From Antedon mediterranea (taxonomy: Eukaryota; Animalia; Echinodermata), in the NCBI RefSeq assembly GCF_964355755.1, contig NC_092674.1:15810001-15874000 (forward strand): a stretch of DNA of 64,000 nucleotides. Reading direction: 5' to 3'. Positions 15,501 to 30,500 of the stretch are shown piece after piece. The notes beneath the pieces were generated by a model. It saw only the letters and a program-made list of their open reading frames with translations, had not been told where the DNA came from and made no database searches. Position 1 is the stretch's first letter. Each line of letters starts with the position of its first letter. A program made the translations under genes and the position numbers.

Positions 15501-18500
15501 GTTTTACGTCTCACAACAGCCTAGCCCTAGTGATAGAGATGTTGTGAGAGCACAGAAAACATCGTAATGGGGACAAGTAATTCGTTGCCTCCCCGAATTA
15601 TTGTCTTTTGCAATGTTGTACTGCTTTTGCAGGCTCTTCAGCTTTGAATTTACTTGCTTTGGAGACAAGTCTATTCCGTACTCCTGTTTTATTTTTAAAA
15701 AGAAATGTCTTTATAAATGTGGTTGTCCCTTTTATTACCTTTTAGTTGGCCGGATAGCTTCCCCACCCCCTCTTTCCCCACCGCTACGGTATATATACGA
15801 TATTTTCTTGGCAGCAGCAACAGGGCCAATGTAGAAAATTATTATTTTTAAAGTGACATGATAAACAATGTACACTATTCATTAAATTACTCATTCATTG
15901 AACACAGCTGTCAGATAAGATCCACTTTGTCATTTACAATTAATTGCATACACATCATGAATAATCATAAATAAATTTAATTATGCAAGAGTGTGGAAAA
16001 GGTATTAAAAATATGTTTTTATATTCTATTTGTCCTAAGACCTATTCTTGAATAGAAATCATTTTGCATAACCTATGGAACTGTCCATGGAACTAATTAC
16101 TGTAACAGTGTGGCCTAATAAAAAGAAATGGCAATTAAAACAATTGATATTTGAATGTGAAAAGGGGGGGGGGGGGGAAGGTGAACTTGGCCCCTACAAC
16201 ATGCTAAAAATATATATAAAATATCTCTTCGGAGATCCCGCTTCGTGAATAAAAATACTGAAAGATGAGGGCGTATCAATTTGATCTCTGTTGCGCGTGC
16301 GTACAACTGAGGACTAGTTCTGTTCCGCCGTACCACGCCGATATTGTTAAATAGTCGCTATCCTATCGAGTTCGAACAATACCATGAAAGCCCCAGTGGT
16401 CTAATGGTTAGGACATCTGCATATCAAGCAGGCGGTCCGAGTTCGAGTCTCGGTTGGGGAGACTTTTTCTCATTCTCACAGATTTCCTCATCTTTATCGT
16501 TTCAAATTATTTCATTAAATTTCAGTATATCACCGGGCGGTTTAGAATTAATGTTCTTTGACTGTTGTGTGTATATATACAGAAAATATATATACAAAAA
16601 TATTTTTAAAAATTATTTTTTAGGGGGACAATATAACTAAATAAATACCAAAAACATTTTTTTTTTGTGGAAAATAGAATGCAGATTAATTTTGTATCAA
16701 CAAAGTTTCTGTTAAAAAACATTTATTAAACAGTGTAAACAAAAAACTTAATTGAACTATGGAGCTTTATTCTGATAGTTGGATTAACTTCTTTTGCATG
16801 ACATCTGTTTCACACTTTTTTTTTCTTACAAAGGACCCTATACAATTTGTTTATTTCCAACTACTCTATATTAACAGGTAAGTACCATAGACAGAGGATA
16901 TTGTTGTATTTCTCTGTGGTTATTTGGCCTGTATACATATCAAGATCAAGATTTGTAATCTAGTGGGTTAAATCCTCAAATTAACTAAAATTTATACCAG
17001 GTTTATAAGCAGTTAAACCAAACTCCACATCAAGTAATATTCGGTCATTGGCAGGGAAGAGTACGATGTTCTAAGCTTATACAAAAATAACACATGATTA
17101 TAGCCTAATTCAATTTCCTACTTAAATAAAGATTAATTGGAAGTTTTCTCACAGGCCTAGTACACCAAAACAATCACTTTACAACTGGATGTTGATACAA
17201 ATACATTACTGAAAGATATCTATAAAAAAAACATTACGCATGTGCACGAAGCAAGCATCCATTGGCTGGGGGATGGTCAAACTGGAGAAAAGCAAGCATC
17301 CATTGGCTGGGGGATGGTCAAACTGGGGAAAAACAAGCATCCATTGGCTGGGGGATGGTCAAACTGGGGAAAAGCAAGCATCCATTGGCTGGGGGATGGT
17401 CAAACTGGAGAAAAGCAAGCATCCATTGGCTGGGGGATGGTCAAACTGGAGAAAAGCAAGCATCCATTGGCTGGGGGATGGTCAAACTGGGGAAAAGCAA
17501 GCATCCATTGGCTGGGGGATGGTCAAACTGGGAAAAGCACGCTTTCATTGGCTGGGGGATGGTCAAACTGGAGAAAAGCAAGCATCCATTGACTGGGAGA
17601 TGGTCAAACTTGGGAAAAACAAGCATCCATTGGCTGGGGGATGGTCAAACTGGGGAAAAGCAAGCATCCATTTGCTGGGGGATGGTCAAACTGGGGAAAA
17701 GCAAGCATCCATTGGCTGGGGGATGGTCAAACTGGGGAAAAGTAAGCATCCATTGGCTGGGGGATGGTCAAACTGGGGAAAAGCAAGCATCCATTGGCTG
17801 GGGGATGGTAAAACTGGAGAAAAGCAAGCATCCATTGGCTGGGGGATGGTCAAACTGGGGAAAAGCAAGCATCCATTGGCTGGGGGATGGTCAAACTGGG
17901 GAAAAGCAAGCATCCATTGGCTGGGGGATGGTCAAACTGGGGAAAAGCAAGCATCCATTGGCTGGGGGATGGTCAAACTGGGGAAAAGCAAGCATCCATT
18001 GGCTGGGGGATGGTAAAACTGGAGAAAAGCAAGCATCCATTGGCTGGGGGATGGTCAAACTGGGGAAAAGCAAGCATCCATTGGCTGGGGGATGGTCAAA
18101 CTGGGGAAAAGCAAGCATCCATTGGCTGGGGGATGGTCAAACTGGGGAAAAGCAAGCATCCATTGGCTGGGGGATGGTCAAACTGGGGAAAAGCAAGCAT
18201 CTATTGGCTGGGGGATGGTCAAACTGGGTAAAAGCAAGCATCCATTGGCTGGGAGATGGTCAAACTTGGGAAAAGCAAGCATCCATTTGCTGGGGGATGG
18301 TCAAACTGGGGAAAAGCAAGCATCCATTGGCTGGGAGATGGTCAAACTTGGGAAAAGCAAGCATCCATTGGCTGGGGGATGGTCAAACTGGGGAAAAGCA
18401 AGCATCCATTGGCTGGGGGATGGTCAAACTGGGGAAAAGCAAGCATCCATTGGCTCGGGGATGGTCAAACTGGGGAAACGCAAGCATCCATTGGCTGGGG

Positions 18501-21500
18501 ATGGTCAAACTGGGGAAAAGCAAGCATCCATTGGCTGGGGGATGGTCAAACTGGAGAAAAGCAAGCATCCATTGGCTGGGGGATGGTCAAACTGGGGAAA
18601 AGCAAGCATCCATTTGCTGGGGGATGGTCAAACTTGGGAAACGCAAGCATCCATTGGCTGGGGATGGTCAAACTGGGGAAAAGCAAGCATCCATTGGCTG
18701 GGAGATGGTCAAACTGGAGAAAAGCATGCAGAAGCCAAGACGATATAATATTGTCCCTATAAGTATATAGGAAACAAGTACTCAGGCTCAAAAAGAAACA
18801 ATATGGAATGATTTTATGCCTGTAAACTACAGTACATTATTAATTTGATTAGATACTCAGTAGGATATTGTTTTAAATATAATTTTATAATAATAATTGT
18901 ATCATTCCCCCACCAAACAATTCAATAACCCCTATTACTTTATCCTTTTATAATTAATCTGTGCTATTAACGGTAATTGTATATTACATTAGGTTGAAAT
19001 TATTTTAAAAACAGTAATACAGTAGTTTATTTCCAAAATGACCTAAACACGTTTTGACGAACAGGTTTTCAACCAAGCGCACATTCACCTTTTGTCATCT
19101 TCAGAAACTGCTCACAGCAATGACAATATTTGATAATAAAATAAGAGGAATAATTAATTGTTGTTTGAGTTGAGAAAATGGTCAAATCATGAACTCCAGC
19201 ATCTCATGTCTGGTCAAAATGTCAACCATTGGTCAAAATGTCAGAAACTGGTCAAACTGATATTATTTATTTGATTATTTTACTATTGAAAATGAACAGA
19301 ATAACAAAAATATAGTGCAAAAATATAACCTAGACTTAAAATTGTTTGTAGACGAATAAGGATAATGCATGCAACACCAGTCTCGATCATCAAAGCCAGT
19401 TTTAAAATTGGTTTCTGTGGAGCAATTTTTAGCTACAAAGCAATAGCGGTCTCAATTTAACCTCATCTCAGATGGTCACTAAATGGCGCAAACAACTAAA
19501 TATTTTCTAGTTCATGGATTTAGGTCACAGAACTTTTTAACCAAACTGGGGCTAAAAGGAAACATAAGTGAATGTACGGTTCAGTTCTTGCATAGTGAAT
19601 ACCATCAGTCACTCCTTGCTGTAAAACTTAAAATGCATTTCCTATTTCATTTTAGAATAATGTTTTTGCTATTAGGTGAAATAGCCCCATTAGGTGCAAT
19701 AGCCCCATTAGGTGAAATAGCCCCATTAGGTGCAATAGCCCCATTAGGTGCAATAGCCCCATTTGGAACAAATTTGTGGATAATATGCGAATAAACTCCT
19801 ATCCCTTCCGGTACTACAAAAACTATTTTTGGCGATAACTTTTTGAAAATATGGAATATTTCAGAAAAATTATAATATATATTATGGTTATTCATTTAGT
19901 AAATGACGTTTTAAAGTCCAAATCAACAAAGAAAAAGATTATGTTTTTTATTCAAAATATAACCTTTTTTTCATGGGTAATGTTCATTCGTGGTTGGTTG
20001 TATAATGACATCCTTATTATCCACAGAGAAGTCAATTTGCAATATTAGTATTAAACAGTGTTACCAGATACAATCTCTCAAAATTGAACTCACCTGAAGT
20101 GGAAAAAATAAGAAAAAAACTCCAGTACCCAGTATAGCAGATGGTCCAATCAGTATTCCTGTGTAAATCCACCCAGAAATAGCCAACACTGGTCCAACGA
20201 ATAGAAATGGCAAAAATAACACCATGTCCAGAACACGTTGCCCATCACTTGTACACAGATTCATAATCTGCAAATAAATAAAACACAACAAAAACATGTA
20301 TATTTAAATATATATATATTTTTAAAATTGAGATTTGGCCTACAGTAATTGAAATGGTAATTTATAGAAATAAGATGAAATATTGAAATAATATAACTTC
20401 AGCTGCTTTGGGACTTGAAATCAACACAAAAAAGTGCACATGGTGTAGTCGAAATTAGATGATGCACACGGACACTAACTCAAAGATAAAATACCAAACT
20501 TATTTGGGCGTTTTTCGTGGTGAATTAACCCCTTGGAATTGTCGGGATCTTTTTTTTAAACTTCTTCTTTGTTATTCTTCTTTCCACAAATTGTGTTGCA
20601 CGTGTATCTGTAATTCTTGTCAAGAATAACAGTATAACTTTGTCAGAAGATTGATTTGTAATAGTCCGGTGGCAGGAGGTGGGGGGAGGGACAAATTGCC
20701 ATCCAACTTTTCTAGACCAGAATTTTCAGTAGATTACAAATCTGGAAGGTAATCGATCAGGATAGGAAGCGTTTTCAAAATATAAGGGGTCGAAGTTCGA
20801 AAATTGATAAATAATAAATAATTATATTTAATAACAAATTTATTGAAGCACAATTTGGTCTTTTATTACATGCTTATGATTATAGGTGTCTATTTAATCA
20901 CCTTATGAAAAAAGTCCTTTGTGATTAAGGGTCAAATTTCAATATTGACAAATCATAACATACCTATAAAACCAAATAAAAATTTATGTAACAAAATTTA
21001 ATATTTTCTCATCCTGTTAGTGTTAATCATACGCAATGTAAAAGAGCAAATACATCATTTCATCAGTTGACATAAGGTAAATTTCATCAGTTGACATAAG
21101 GTCAACATTTTAATATGCATATTTAATATTACCAAATAAATGCAAAGTTGTCCAAACTATGATATCTATTAGTTTTACAAGTAATCAAATTATTTGATAA
21201 GTAAATTTATGTTATTTCATTATAATTTTAATCAATATAATTATAATAATAATTAATCAGACTTCAAATGTTACGCTGACCTTGAATAAAATAAATGGTT
21301 ATGGCACAACTTATAAAACTTTTCAAAATTCATTTTGCAAAGATTGGTCAGAACATGGTTGGAGGCCTGCAATATTCATTTTGAAGCAATAAACTATCTG
21401 ATTTGATCTGCTTCTTTATGTTGGCAATATATAAGTTTGGTTTTTATTTTTATTTTAATAAATAATAAGTTAAATAACAAACGCTGTGAGTCTGAACATA

Positions 21501-24500
21501 ACAGACTAATATGAAAATAGTTTGTTATTTTGACATATTTTCTAACCCATAATTGTCTGTCAAAGTTGTATTTCATCTGTCATGTAATTTCTAAAAGACT
21601 GGACTTCTTTATCTAAAACTCATCTCCTGGGTAAATTTATCATAAATTTAACAATTCAACCTATTGGTACCAGGTACCCGGTACCCACTTCCACTCTTGG
21701 GTAGACAGAGGAAACTTATATTAACAGAAAAGCTGCACATTTACAAAAATAATTTTACATTTATAAAGTAACTAAGGGATGCCAGGTTATCCCTTATACT
21801 TAACCTGGTAGATTAGTTTACAAATTGGGAATATATTGTTGAACAAATTCAAAAACAATCTAATAAATATTGGTAATCTAAGAGAAAACCACTGTTAAAT
21901 CATTCATTTTAAGGACCACTAAATTCCAGAATTGAATTGCATTGTAAAATTGTTTTATTGGCAACAAGACCAAAATATTTTATAGCCGATTGGCCTATTG
22001 AACCATTCTTATGAATCTACAGTGCCAGTGAAAACAATATCACAAATAAGATTTTAATAACATGAATAAACAATGGTTCAACAACATCATTCTCAACGAG
22101 GTCATCTGCAGTGCATACATAGTCACATGACTAATGAGTTAATGCAAAGCATTGGTCAGTTTTGGTATTAAATTGACTTTTTGAAACATATACAGACAAT
22201 ACATCATCTCCAGTCTAGTCACCATATCCAATATCCTTCAGGCAAAATTACACTTTTTCATGACTGCGAAATTTTGGATATGATTTAATCATTGTAATGT
22301 AAGATATTAAAATTTACTAGCAGGTGCCCGTCCAATGGACGGGCACCATCTTATAATTAAGGTTCGGGAATCAAAAAGATAGTCAAGTAATATAGTAATA
22401 CAAATCTGTAAATGGATGTATAGTGCCGCCGAGTGGTACATTATACAGTATTTATATTCTCAAACATGAAAGATACAAAATGGCAAACTTTGTATGTTTC
22501 ATGTTTTGTATTTTAATGTGCTTTTAATTATATATTTATATCTAAAGAGTTTTAAGGCATCCTGAAATTGGATATTTTTCGCTGTTGGATGTGGTTAAAA
22601 TAAGAGACGCATGAACAAGCGTGGTAATTTCTTACCAGAGGGGTGCTTGTACGTAAATGGAATTTTTTTTTCAATTCGCGCCGGGGATTCGTATCATAAC
22701 ACACACGGTAATTTCCAACAAGAAAGGTGCGTGTACGTCAAATGGAATGTCCACAACAATCAATCAGTCGGCTCAAATTGTTTGGTTGAGGCACAAATGT
22801 ATGAAGAAATAAACACAAAATATCAAATCAACAATGCTAAAATATTGGAAATAACAGCACAACCAATCAGTCATTCTATATACAGGTGTTTCAAAGTAGA
22901 GTATTTTAAAAAAAATGTAACACATACTATAGCCTAGTAGTAGCATTTGTAGTAGTAAACAGGTATCTAGATTAAATTATTTTAAAAGGTTACTTTTGCA
23001 CAAAAATTTAAACTACAGACCATTAACTTTTTTTTAAATAAATTAAAAAAATGTCTAATGTACAGTACATTATGTTTCATAAAAGTCTTTATATAACACC
23101 TAAATAAATTCCTGTCATTTGATTGGACGATTGTGGGTCACATGGCGTGCAATAGTACACACTATTAAACGATCGTTTAATAGTACTTTTTGAAACATTT
23201 TTGTGTACGAAAAAAAAAACGTCTCGCGGATGAAAAAAAATCTAGTACACAAATTATCCTATGATATGGCTCTGTACTGTGAAATACAAAAGCGCCACCT
23301 GTCGTCTGGTCTCAGTTTCATTTGTAAACACCACCGCGAGATATGCAACAGCAGCAGATATTTGTGTACGATTTGGACATTATGTACTAATTTCATTCAA
23401 AAAGGCATTTAAATTAGCTTTAGATCGTTTTTAGGATTTTGATTAATTAATGGGGACATCCCTACAAGACGTGGAATTGTTGGAAAAACCATAATTAGCT
23501 TAGATAAGTTCCAATTGTCTGTCGAAGTTTTGCCTTTCAGCCAAGCTAGGTCTAGCCTCTCTAGGCCATGTTAGTATTAGGCTAGGCCTAGCCTAGGCGT
23601 TTTAGCCTTGCTAGGCCTAGGATTGTTTGGTCGTTTGTTGACATAATTAACACAAAAGTAGGTGTGTTTACGAAATCCATATAAATATAACATTTAATAT
23701 AAAATTATTAAAAACCAAATGTATTGTTACTGTTTTTAATCAATGTGTGTGAATGAAATGTAGTAAGCTTTGGCTAGGGCTACCTTTTATTTGATTCAAA
23801 TAACTAGAATTTATTTAGATGTTATATAAAACAAATAATGAATGTTTTGTATTTGTGTAATGGTACAAATAATGGCACTTGGTGAATGATGAAAGGTTAT
23901 ATCAACTCGGCGTTGCCTCGTTGATATACAGTAACCTTTCATCATTCACCTCGTGCCATTATTTTTACCATTACACTCATAAACATTCATTATTTGTATA
24001 TTATATAATGGGCTAAATTTATAATTAGATATAATGAATTGAATGGTGTATACTTTATGCCTATGCTTGCGCAGATATTTTTATAAATTACCGTCTCCTT
24101 TCATTTACAGTCATGATGCGAAAGCTCACAAATAACAATTTACAATCTTTGCATATTATTGCTTGTTTCCCAAATAACCATATTCAAATTCAGGCCTAAT
24201 TTAGAAAACTATTGCGTTCTGGATATGAGACTGTCTGGGATTCGTGTTGGGTGCTGTATATACCGGAGAGTGATGGTGTAATAATATCTGACTTGCAAAT
24301 AAAATTTGTTGTACAAATCACATTCTACTCACAATCCTTAGTACATTATATGATCAAATCAAATTACTGTATATGATGACATCAAATAGAATTTGAGTCC
24401 ATTCCGACTTACAATAACTCTATACAAACATGTTTTTACAAAATGCGCACCACATTAATTTCACAAAAGTGCTGAAAATGGTAAAAAATAAGGCATTTTA

Positions 24501-27500
24501 AAAATGAAAATACTTCTTCAGAATGCAAGATGACCCGATTTGTTTAACTTATTCTGGAAGTCATTGAGTTGTAGATATGAATTCATGTACACATTTTACG
24601 TACAATATGTGGTGACATCATCAAATTGAATTTAAAAATTAGGATTTTTTATCTTTTTTTGTAGGTTATATAAGGATATGAATCATGAGCAGGTTAAAAT
24701 GACAAGCGCTGAAAATGGTAGAAAATATGGCATTTTTAAAATGAAAATAATTCTTCAGAATGCACAATGAGCCCATTTTTTTTTTACCTTTCTGGAAGCC
24801 ATTGAGTTGTAGATATGAATTCATGTACACATTTTACGTATAAAATGTTGTGACATCATCAAATGGCCACTTGAATTTAAAAATTAGGTTTTTTCTCTCT
24901 TTCCTCATAGATTACCACATTCAACAGAACACATCTGGGTTGTTGGTGCCCGATTTTCGCTCAAATTTTAATATGCGATTGCTCAATTAATTGACTTTCT
25001 CATGAGTTGCCACCATTTTTATTTCATCATGAGTAAAAACTTGAATAACGTAGGTCGTTTAATGTCACTTTCGCCGTATATTTGAATATCTCACAGCTCT
25101 TCAGAATTGAAGGTTGCCTTGATGATTACAACTTATTATGAAAGCTGATGAAATGTAGATATGAATTCCTATAAAAATTAAGCCTATTGGATGTTGTGAC
25201 ATTCATGGCCAGTTAAAGTTAAAAAGTAAGTTATTAATTGTCAAAGTTATACCAATTTCAAAGAGCGGCTTCTCGTGCCAAATTTTCTTCCAAATTATAT
25301 TTATTTGCTCAATTCATTATTTTTTTCGAAATTGTCATCTTTTATAGTTAAATTTGATAATGCCATCATACCAAAAAATTTGAACATGATGTGTGTCCCG
25401 TACTTTCACCTATACTACAATGTATATATAGATACATACTGTATATTATGGCATATATTAGGCACACTCACTAGCACTATAAGCGTATGAATATATATAA
25501 ATCAACAATTTTAGATCATATTTTAACATACGTGCATGTTTTTAAAAATTAAATGTCAGTAAAATTATAAAAATAAATATAATTCGTCGAAATGACAAAT
25601 TAAATTCTATTTTTGTTTTTAAAATTGTTGTTTGCAAAGTATGTGGTAGAGAGCTTGTTATGATCACTCAAAAAAAAGGCCTGTTTCAACTCACCCAACT
25701 CACCTGTTTTCAACTCACCAGACACCATGTAATAATTAAATAATAGTAAATTGTAAAAAAAAATATGTTTACCCTGTGTAAAATAAAATAATGTGTACAA
25801 ATTAAGAATATTATGTAATTCTGAGTCATGTATGATAGTCTGATATAAAACACTTTATGTAACCAAGGCATGTATAGTTAGTATGGTAGGTGTTCTTATG
25901 ATCCTATCACAAGTGAACCTGAAAACAACATGGTGCTCCTGTTATTAACTAGGGAGTCATTGACTAACATTCACTGCAAATGCAGTCATAAACCATATCC
26001 TTTGCAATGAAATCAGTGATTTATGATTCTTGTTTAAAGCATAAAACTTAGTATGCAACTTGTTGTCATTTGGGTGTTGCCAGCCAAGAAAACTAACCCC
26101 CAAAAAGCTGTCAAATTGGCAGTGTTAACTCAATGGTGTATCTACAATGATATTCAATTACATTATACCATGGAGAAATAAGTTAGTTCTCCATGATTAT
26201 ACCTACAAGAAAAGTAGCATTGATAATTTATGTGCCTTATTTATATTAGGTTCACCAGAAATATTCAATGTGTTTTCAAAATGAATTAAATAAAATACAG
26301 TATGTACAACTCAATGATAAACCTTTTATTACAGTACTACCACTACAGTTAGCTTTTGCAAATAATGCACCTCTCCTGGGGGTCATATAGTGGGTCATAG
26401 GATTGACAAGTGCATTAAAGGACAACTTGACCGAGGACCATATTTTAACAACGGATATCGCCGCACGCGCTCACTGTACAGCAGTCGGCGTAAATTGGTG
26501 TGACGTCACAGGTGCATCGCAAAAGTTACGTCATGAGTTTTCTGGCAAAGTCTGGCGAATCGCCAAATTTCTAGCAAACACACTAAATCATAAAAAATAT
26601 AAATGTTAATTTTTTTATTGTTTCTTTTGCTTTATCTGGAGTAGATTTGCGATGCACCTGTGATGTCACAGCAATTTACGGCGACGGCTGTACAGCGAGC
26701 ATGTGTGGCGATATCCTTAATCTCGCGATTGTTCTAAAATCATGTACATCCCTAACACGTTTTAAAAATAAGGGTCCTCGGTCAAGTTGTTCTTTAATGT
26801 TGACTTTTTTTTATAGAATATGGTGGTGCACTCACTTAGCCCACGTAGTAAGTCTGTAAGTGGTATACATGGTTTACGTCATTATGTGGATATCTGTATA
26901 AATTTGACATTACTATCTACAGTTAAGGTAAAATTTTTTTTTATTGTTTTGCCATGCTAGGCCCTAATAGGCCTAGGAATCCTCGATCAATCCCAGTACG
27001 TCTGGGAAATTTCTCCTCGATTAGAAATCGGACTATGGCTGATTAAGGCCTACAATTTAATGTAATATCTTTAATGCCAGTGTAATTAAGTATGGATAAA
27101 ACAATACAAAACTCTGAAATAATGTAAACTAGCGTAATAGCATACAACACGGAAATAGTTTATTTTCAATCTGGTTAGGCCTTTTGGCAAAAGAACTTAA
27201 TGACTGTCTATTTTGTGTTAAAAAGTTAAAAACTTTAAAGATAGTACTAACCTCTCCAGCTGTCTTTCCATTTAGGTTTCTAATGCGCATGATTTTACGA
27301 TAAACTGCATGAACAATGGCTGTACGTAAACGCATCCCCCATCGTGTGTTTAAGTAAAATTCAAGGGCAAATCCCAGACATGTTATTAACTGACAAATAA
27401 AGAGAATTACAACCAGGATAATGCCATACTGCAAATCAGCCACAGGTTGCTCTGAATACTCTAACAACTTGCGTACAACAACACTCTAATTAATAACAAA

Positions 27501-30500
27501 TAAAATGTTTCAGTTATTTATTAGTTGAATCAAAAAATTGCTAGTCATCAATAAAACTTGAATAATCATAATAATTCAATAAAACATGGAAACGTTAAAG
27601 AATGATTACGGTACTTTAAACTAAACATGAATTTGATTTTTTGACTTCTACCTTTTCCGCTAGTGTTTTAACTTTTAATTATTTCCGTATTTTATATGTA
27701 TTTTAGAAGTTGATCAACTTATAAGATATATATTGTCCCAATAAAAATACTTTTTTCAATTTTTTTTTTAATATGCCATTTTAATGTCACCTAATAGTTT
27801 GATTCATTTTCACCAAAAACTGGATCGAAAAAAAAAAATGTTTTCCTGAATAAAGTGTAATTAACAGCAAAACATATTTAAATTGTCTGTCAGACAATGG
27901 TTTGGTTAAAATTAACTGTTTCTTCTTTTTATAAGTGAAATAATAATTTTTTTTAAATAAAATAAAAGTTAATAAATTTATTAAAACTGCAAAATGGTCT
28001 ATATGTAAAGTCTGCTTTTATTAATCTTAAATTTGTCATGCTTTTGGGTGACAGACATACATCTTTAACAAATGCCTACATTTTCAATCCATGTACATTA
28101 ATGTGTAACTGAACTGAAAAATGTATTCAAAAAACTTTTTTATTTTAAAATGTTGTTTATTGTAGTATGTATTTCAAAATTTATTAAAATTATTATTATT
28201 AAAATGTAAGGGGTATGCAAACTGTAACTTAATATTTACTTACAGCTTCTGCAAACCATGAACCAAGGGTTATAACAAGAACAGCTATACTAATGATTAT
28301 AGGTCGCCATAGAAATCTTTGAAAGACTGTTGCAACAGATGCATTTTCAGGACCATGTTTTGCTAGTTCTTCTTGCCAAAGCTTTTCAAATCTATAAAAT
28401 AACAATAATAATAATATTAATAAATAGAAAGGTAAAAAACATTTTATAATTAATAATTGTACAGTAGGGTCAATCCACCTATCTGACTCGGATTTTGACG
28501 AAACTCCACAAATATGATCCACTATGTGAAAAACTAACCCACAAAGAAAATTAGTCTCATACGATAAGTAGTTTCTGAGACATTGACGTCGAAAAAAGGG
28601 GGCGTGGTTTTCATTATTTTGTTACTTGGAATTCAACTTTTCATATAGACATGGCATCAGATTTATTACTTTTAAGTAGCCATTTTGTCCAATGACAATT
28701 TGTTTGTGATTTTCAGGGTCATCCTGTGACCATATTTTGGGTACGTCATTGTCTATAAGTAAAAATAAGTAAGATAGAATCAATCACTTGAAATAAATCA
28801 ACATCTATTCAAAGTTGGGACTAGATAAATAAACGTGAAAAGCTTTTTTTTTTGTTTCGTAATATTTATTCAACCAAAAAATAGTACATTGTCTCAAACC
28901 TGTCTCAATCAGACCCCTAAACAAAACAATATATTAGAATTAGTTTAATAAGGAAAAAGGAAAGTATGAAAAAAAATATATGCAGAGAACATTTATGTCT
29001 TTGCTCATGATAATTTGACAAATAAAAATACTTTATACATTTCTTAAAAATTGTTAATGTTTTACAATCAGTAAGTATATAATCTAAATCATTCCACAGA
29101 GTTGGTCCGGTATTTAGATTTGGTTAAGTGGTACTGTCACGGATTTTGGTCGTAATCAAGCGCCAAAACTGGTCCGGTCGGATCGATTTTGGCGTTGAAA
29201 CAGCCGCTAAAACAGGTCCGGCTAGGCCAAAACAGGTCCGGCTAGGCCAAAACTGGTCCGGCCTTTAAACTCGCTTATTTATTCTTTAAAATGTGTTCAG
29301 AAGCCTGAAACAGTTCAAATGGTTAAAGTAAACTATGCTTAAAGTAAATATACTAAATATTACCGTACAAACGAAAAGAAATTATCGAAACAATAATTTA
29401 AAAAGAAACTCTAATCGGCTTTTGGGATATTGTTCAGTTCGTTTAAAACTAATAGTGCCCTCTAGTAATTTTATATTATGTCACGTCTCTAAGATCTTAG
29501 ATATTATGTACAAACTGAATACGTCTTGGGCGTATTTAATAATGATTAATAATAAAATATAGAACGTTAATTATTATTAGTATTATTATTTTAGGTTGTT
29601 GTCATCACTGCTATCAGTATCATTTTTTTAGCCTTTGTAAGAAATTATACCTGCCTTATTTTTTTTCCAGTCCACATTTTGGGGTGCAAGTGGCCACCAA
29701 GGGCCTCTTATTATTAATAGTATAAAACAACAACGATAATAACAATGGATATGGGTAGCAATACTAACATTAATAAAGATCAAAAATCGACAAACGACAC
29801 CACAGTGGAACGACCGGTTCCCACATTCACGAATTTGGCTATACGACGAATGACCACGAGTTTCGTAATAGTCTTAGCGAAAAAAGGAGGGTAAAACAAT
29901 TATAGTACAGATATTTTTTTTTATCACCCCAAATTATAGACTTTTAAGAATTCAATTACTTATTACCCTCTAATATCACTGGTTGGTGTACGCGTGGGTT
30001 GCGTCATCATCTTATAGTGTCGTAATCAAGTTTTAGCGAAAAATAAGAGGGTTAAATTTGCTCAAAATTATCCAAATATGAACTTTTTAGAATTCAATTA
30101 TTACGCTCTAATAATATTATTTAGGCCTACTGGTAGTATTTGTAATTTTTAAAAAAATCTTTAGGCCTACACCGCAACCCAGGACCGCATTTGAAAAAAG
30201 CTGTCGCACATCTCGTGGATGGGAAAAGAAATGTGTTCTTTCAAATGTTTGTGCTCATTTTGAGCCAGTTTTGGACGTTGAAAAAAAAGAGGAGGGGTTA
30301 CTCGTCACATCGGAACGAAAGTACATCCGCAGACCATACCATCCAATACGCAAATATCTCGCCCGCAAATATTGAGACTATCACCGAAGAAACCTTAAAC
30401 GCTGCTCTTGTGGATAATTACACAGATGAAGCTACACCGCGAGCTTTGGATTCACATGCTGTCATTTTTGTAAGCGAATTTACCGACAATCAGTATGATG

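Noticed and set aside
17240-18791. Long ORFs (502, 258, 218 aa and others) and a CRISPR-like appearance
   Set aside because: They arise from a stop-free 41-bp unit read through all three frames. There are no unique spacers and no cas genes, and the array lies in a eukaryotic intron.
19483-19895. ORFs with GAIAPL/NGAIAP repeats
   Set aside because: They are translations of an 18-bp minisatellite.
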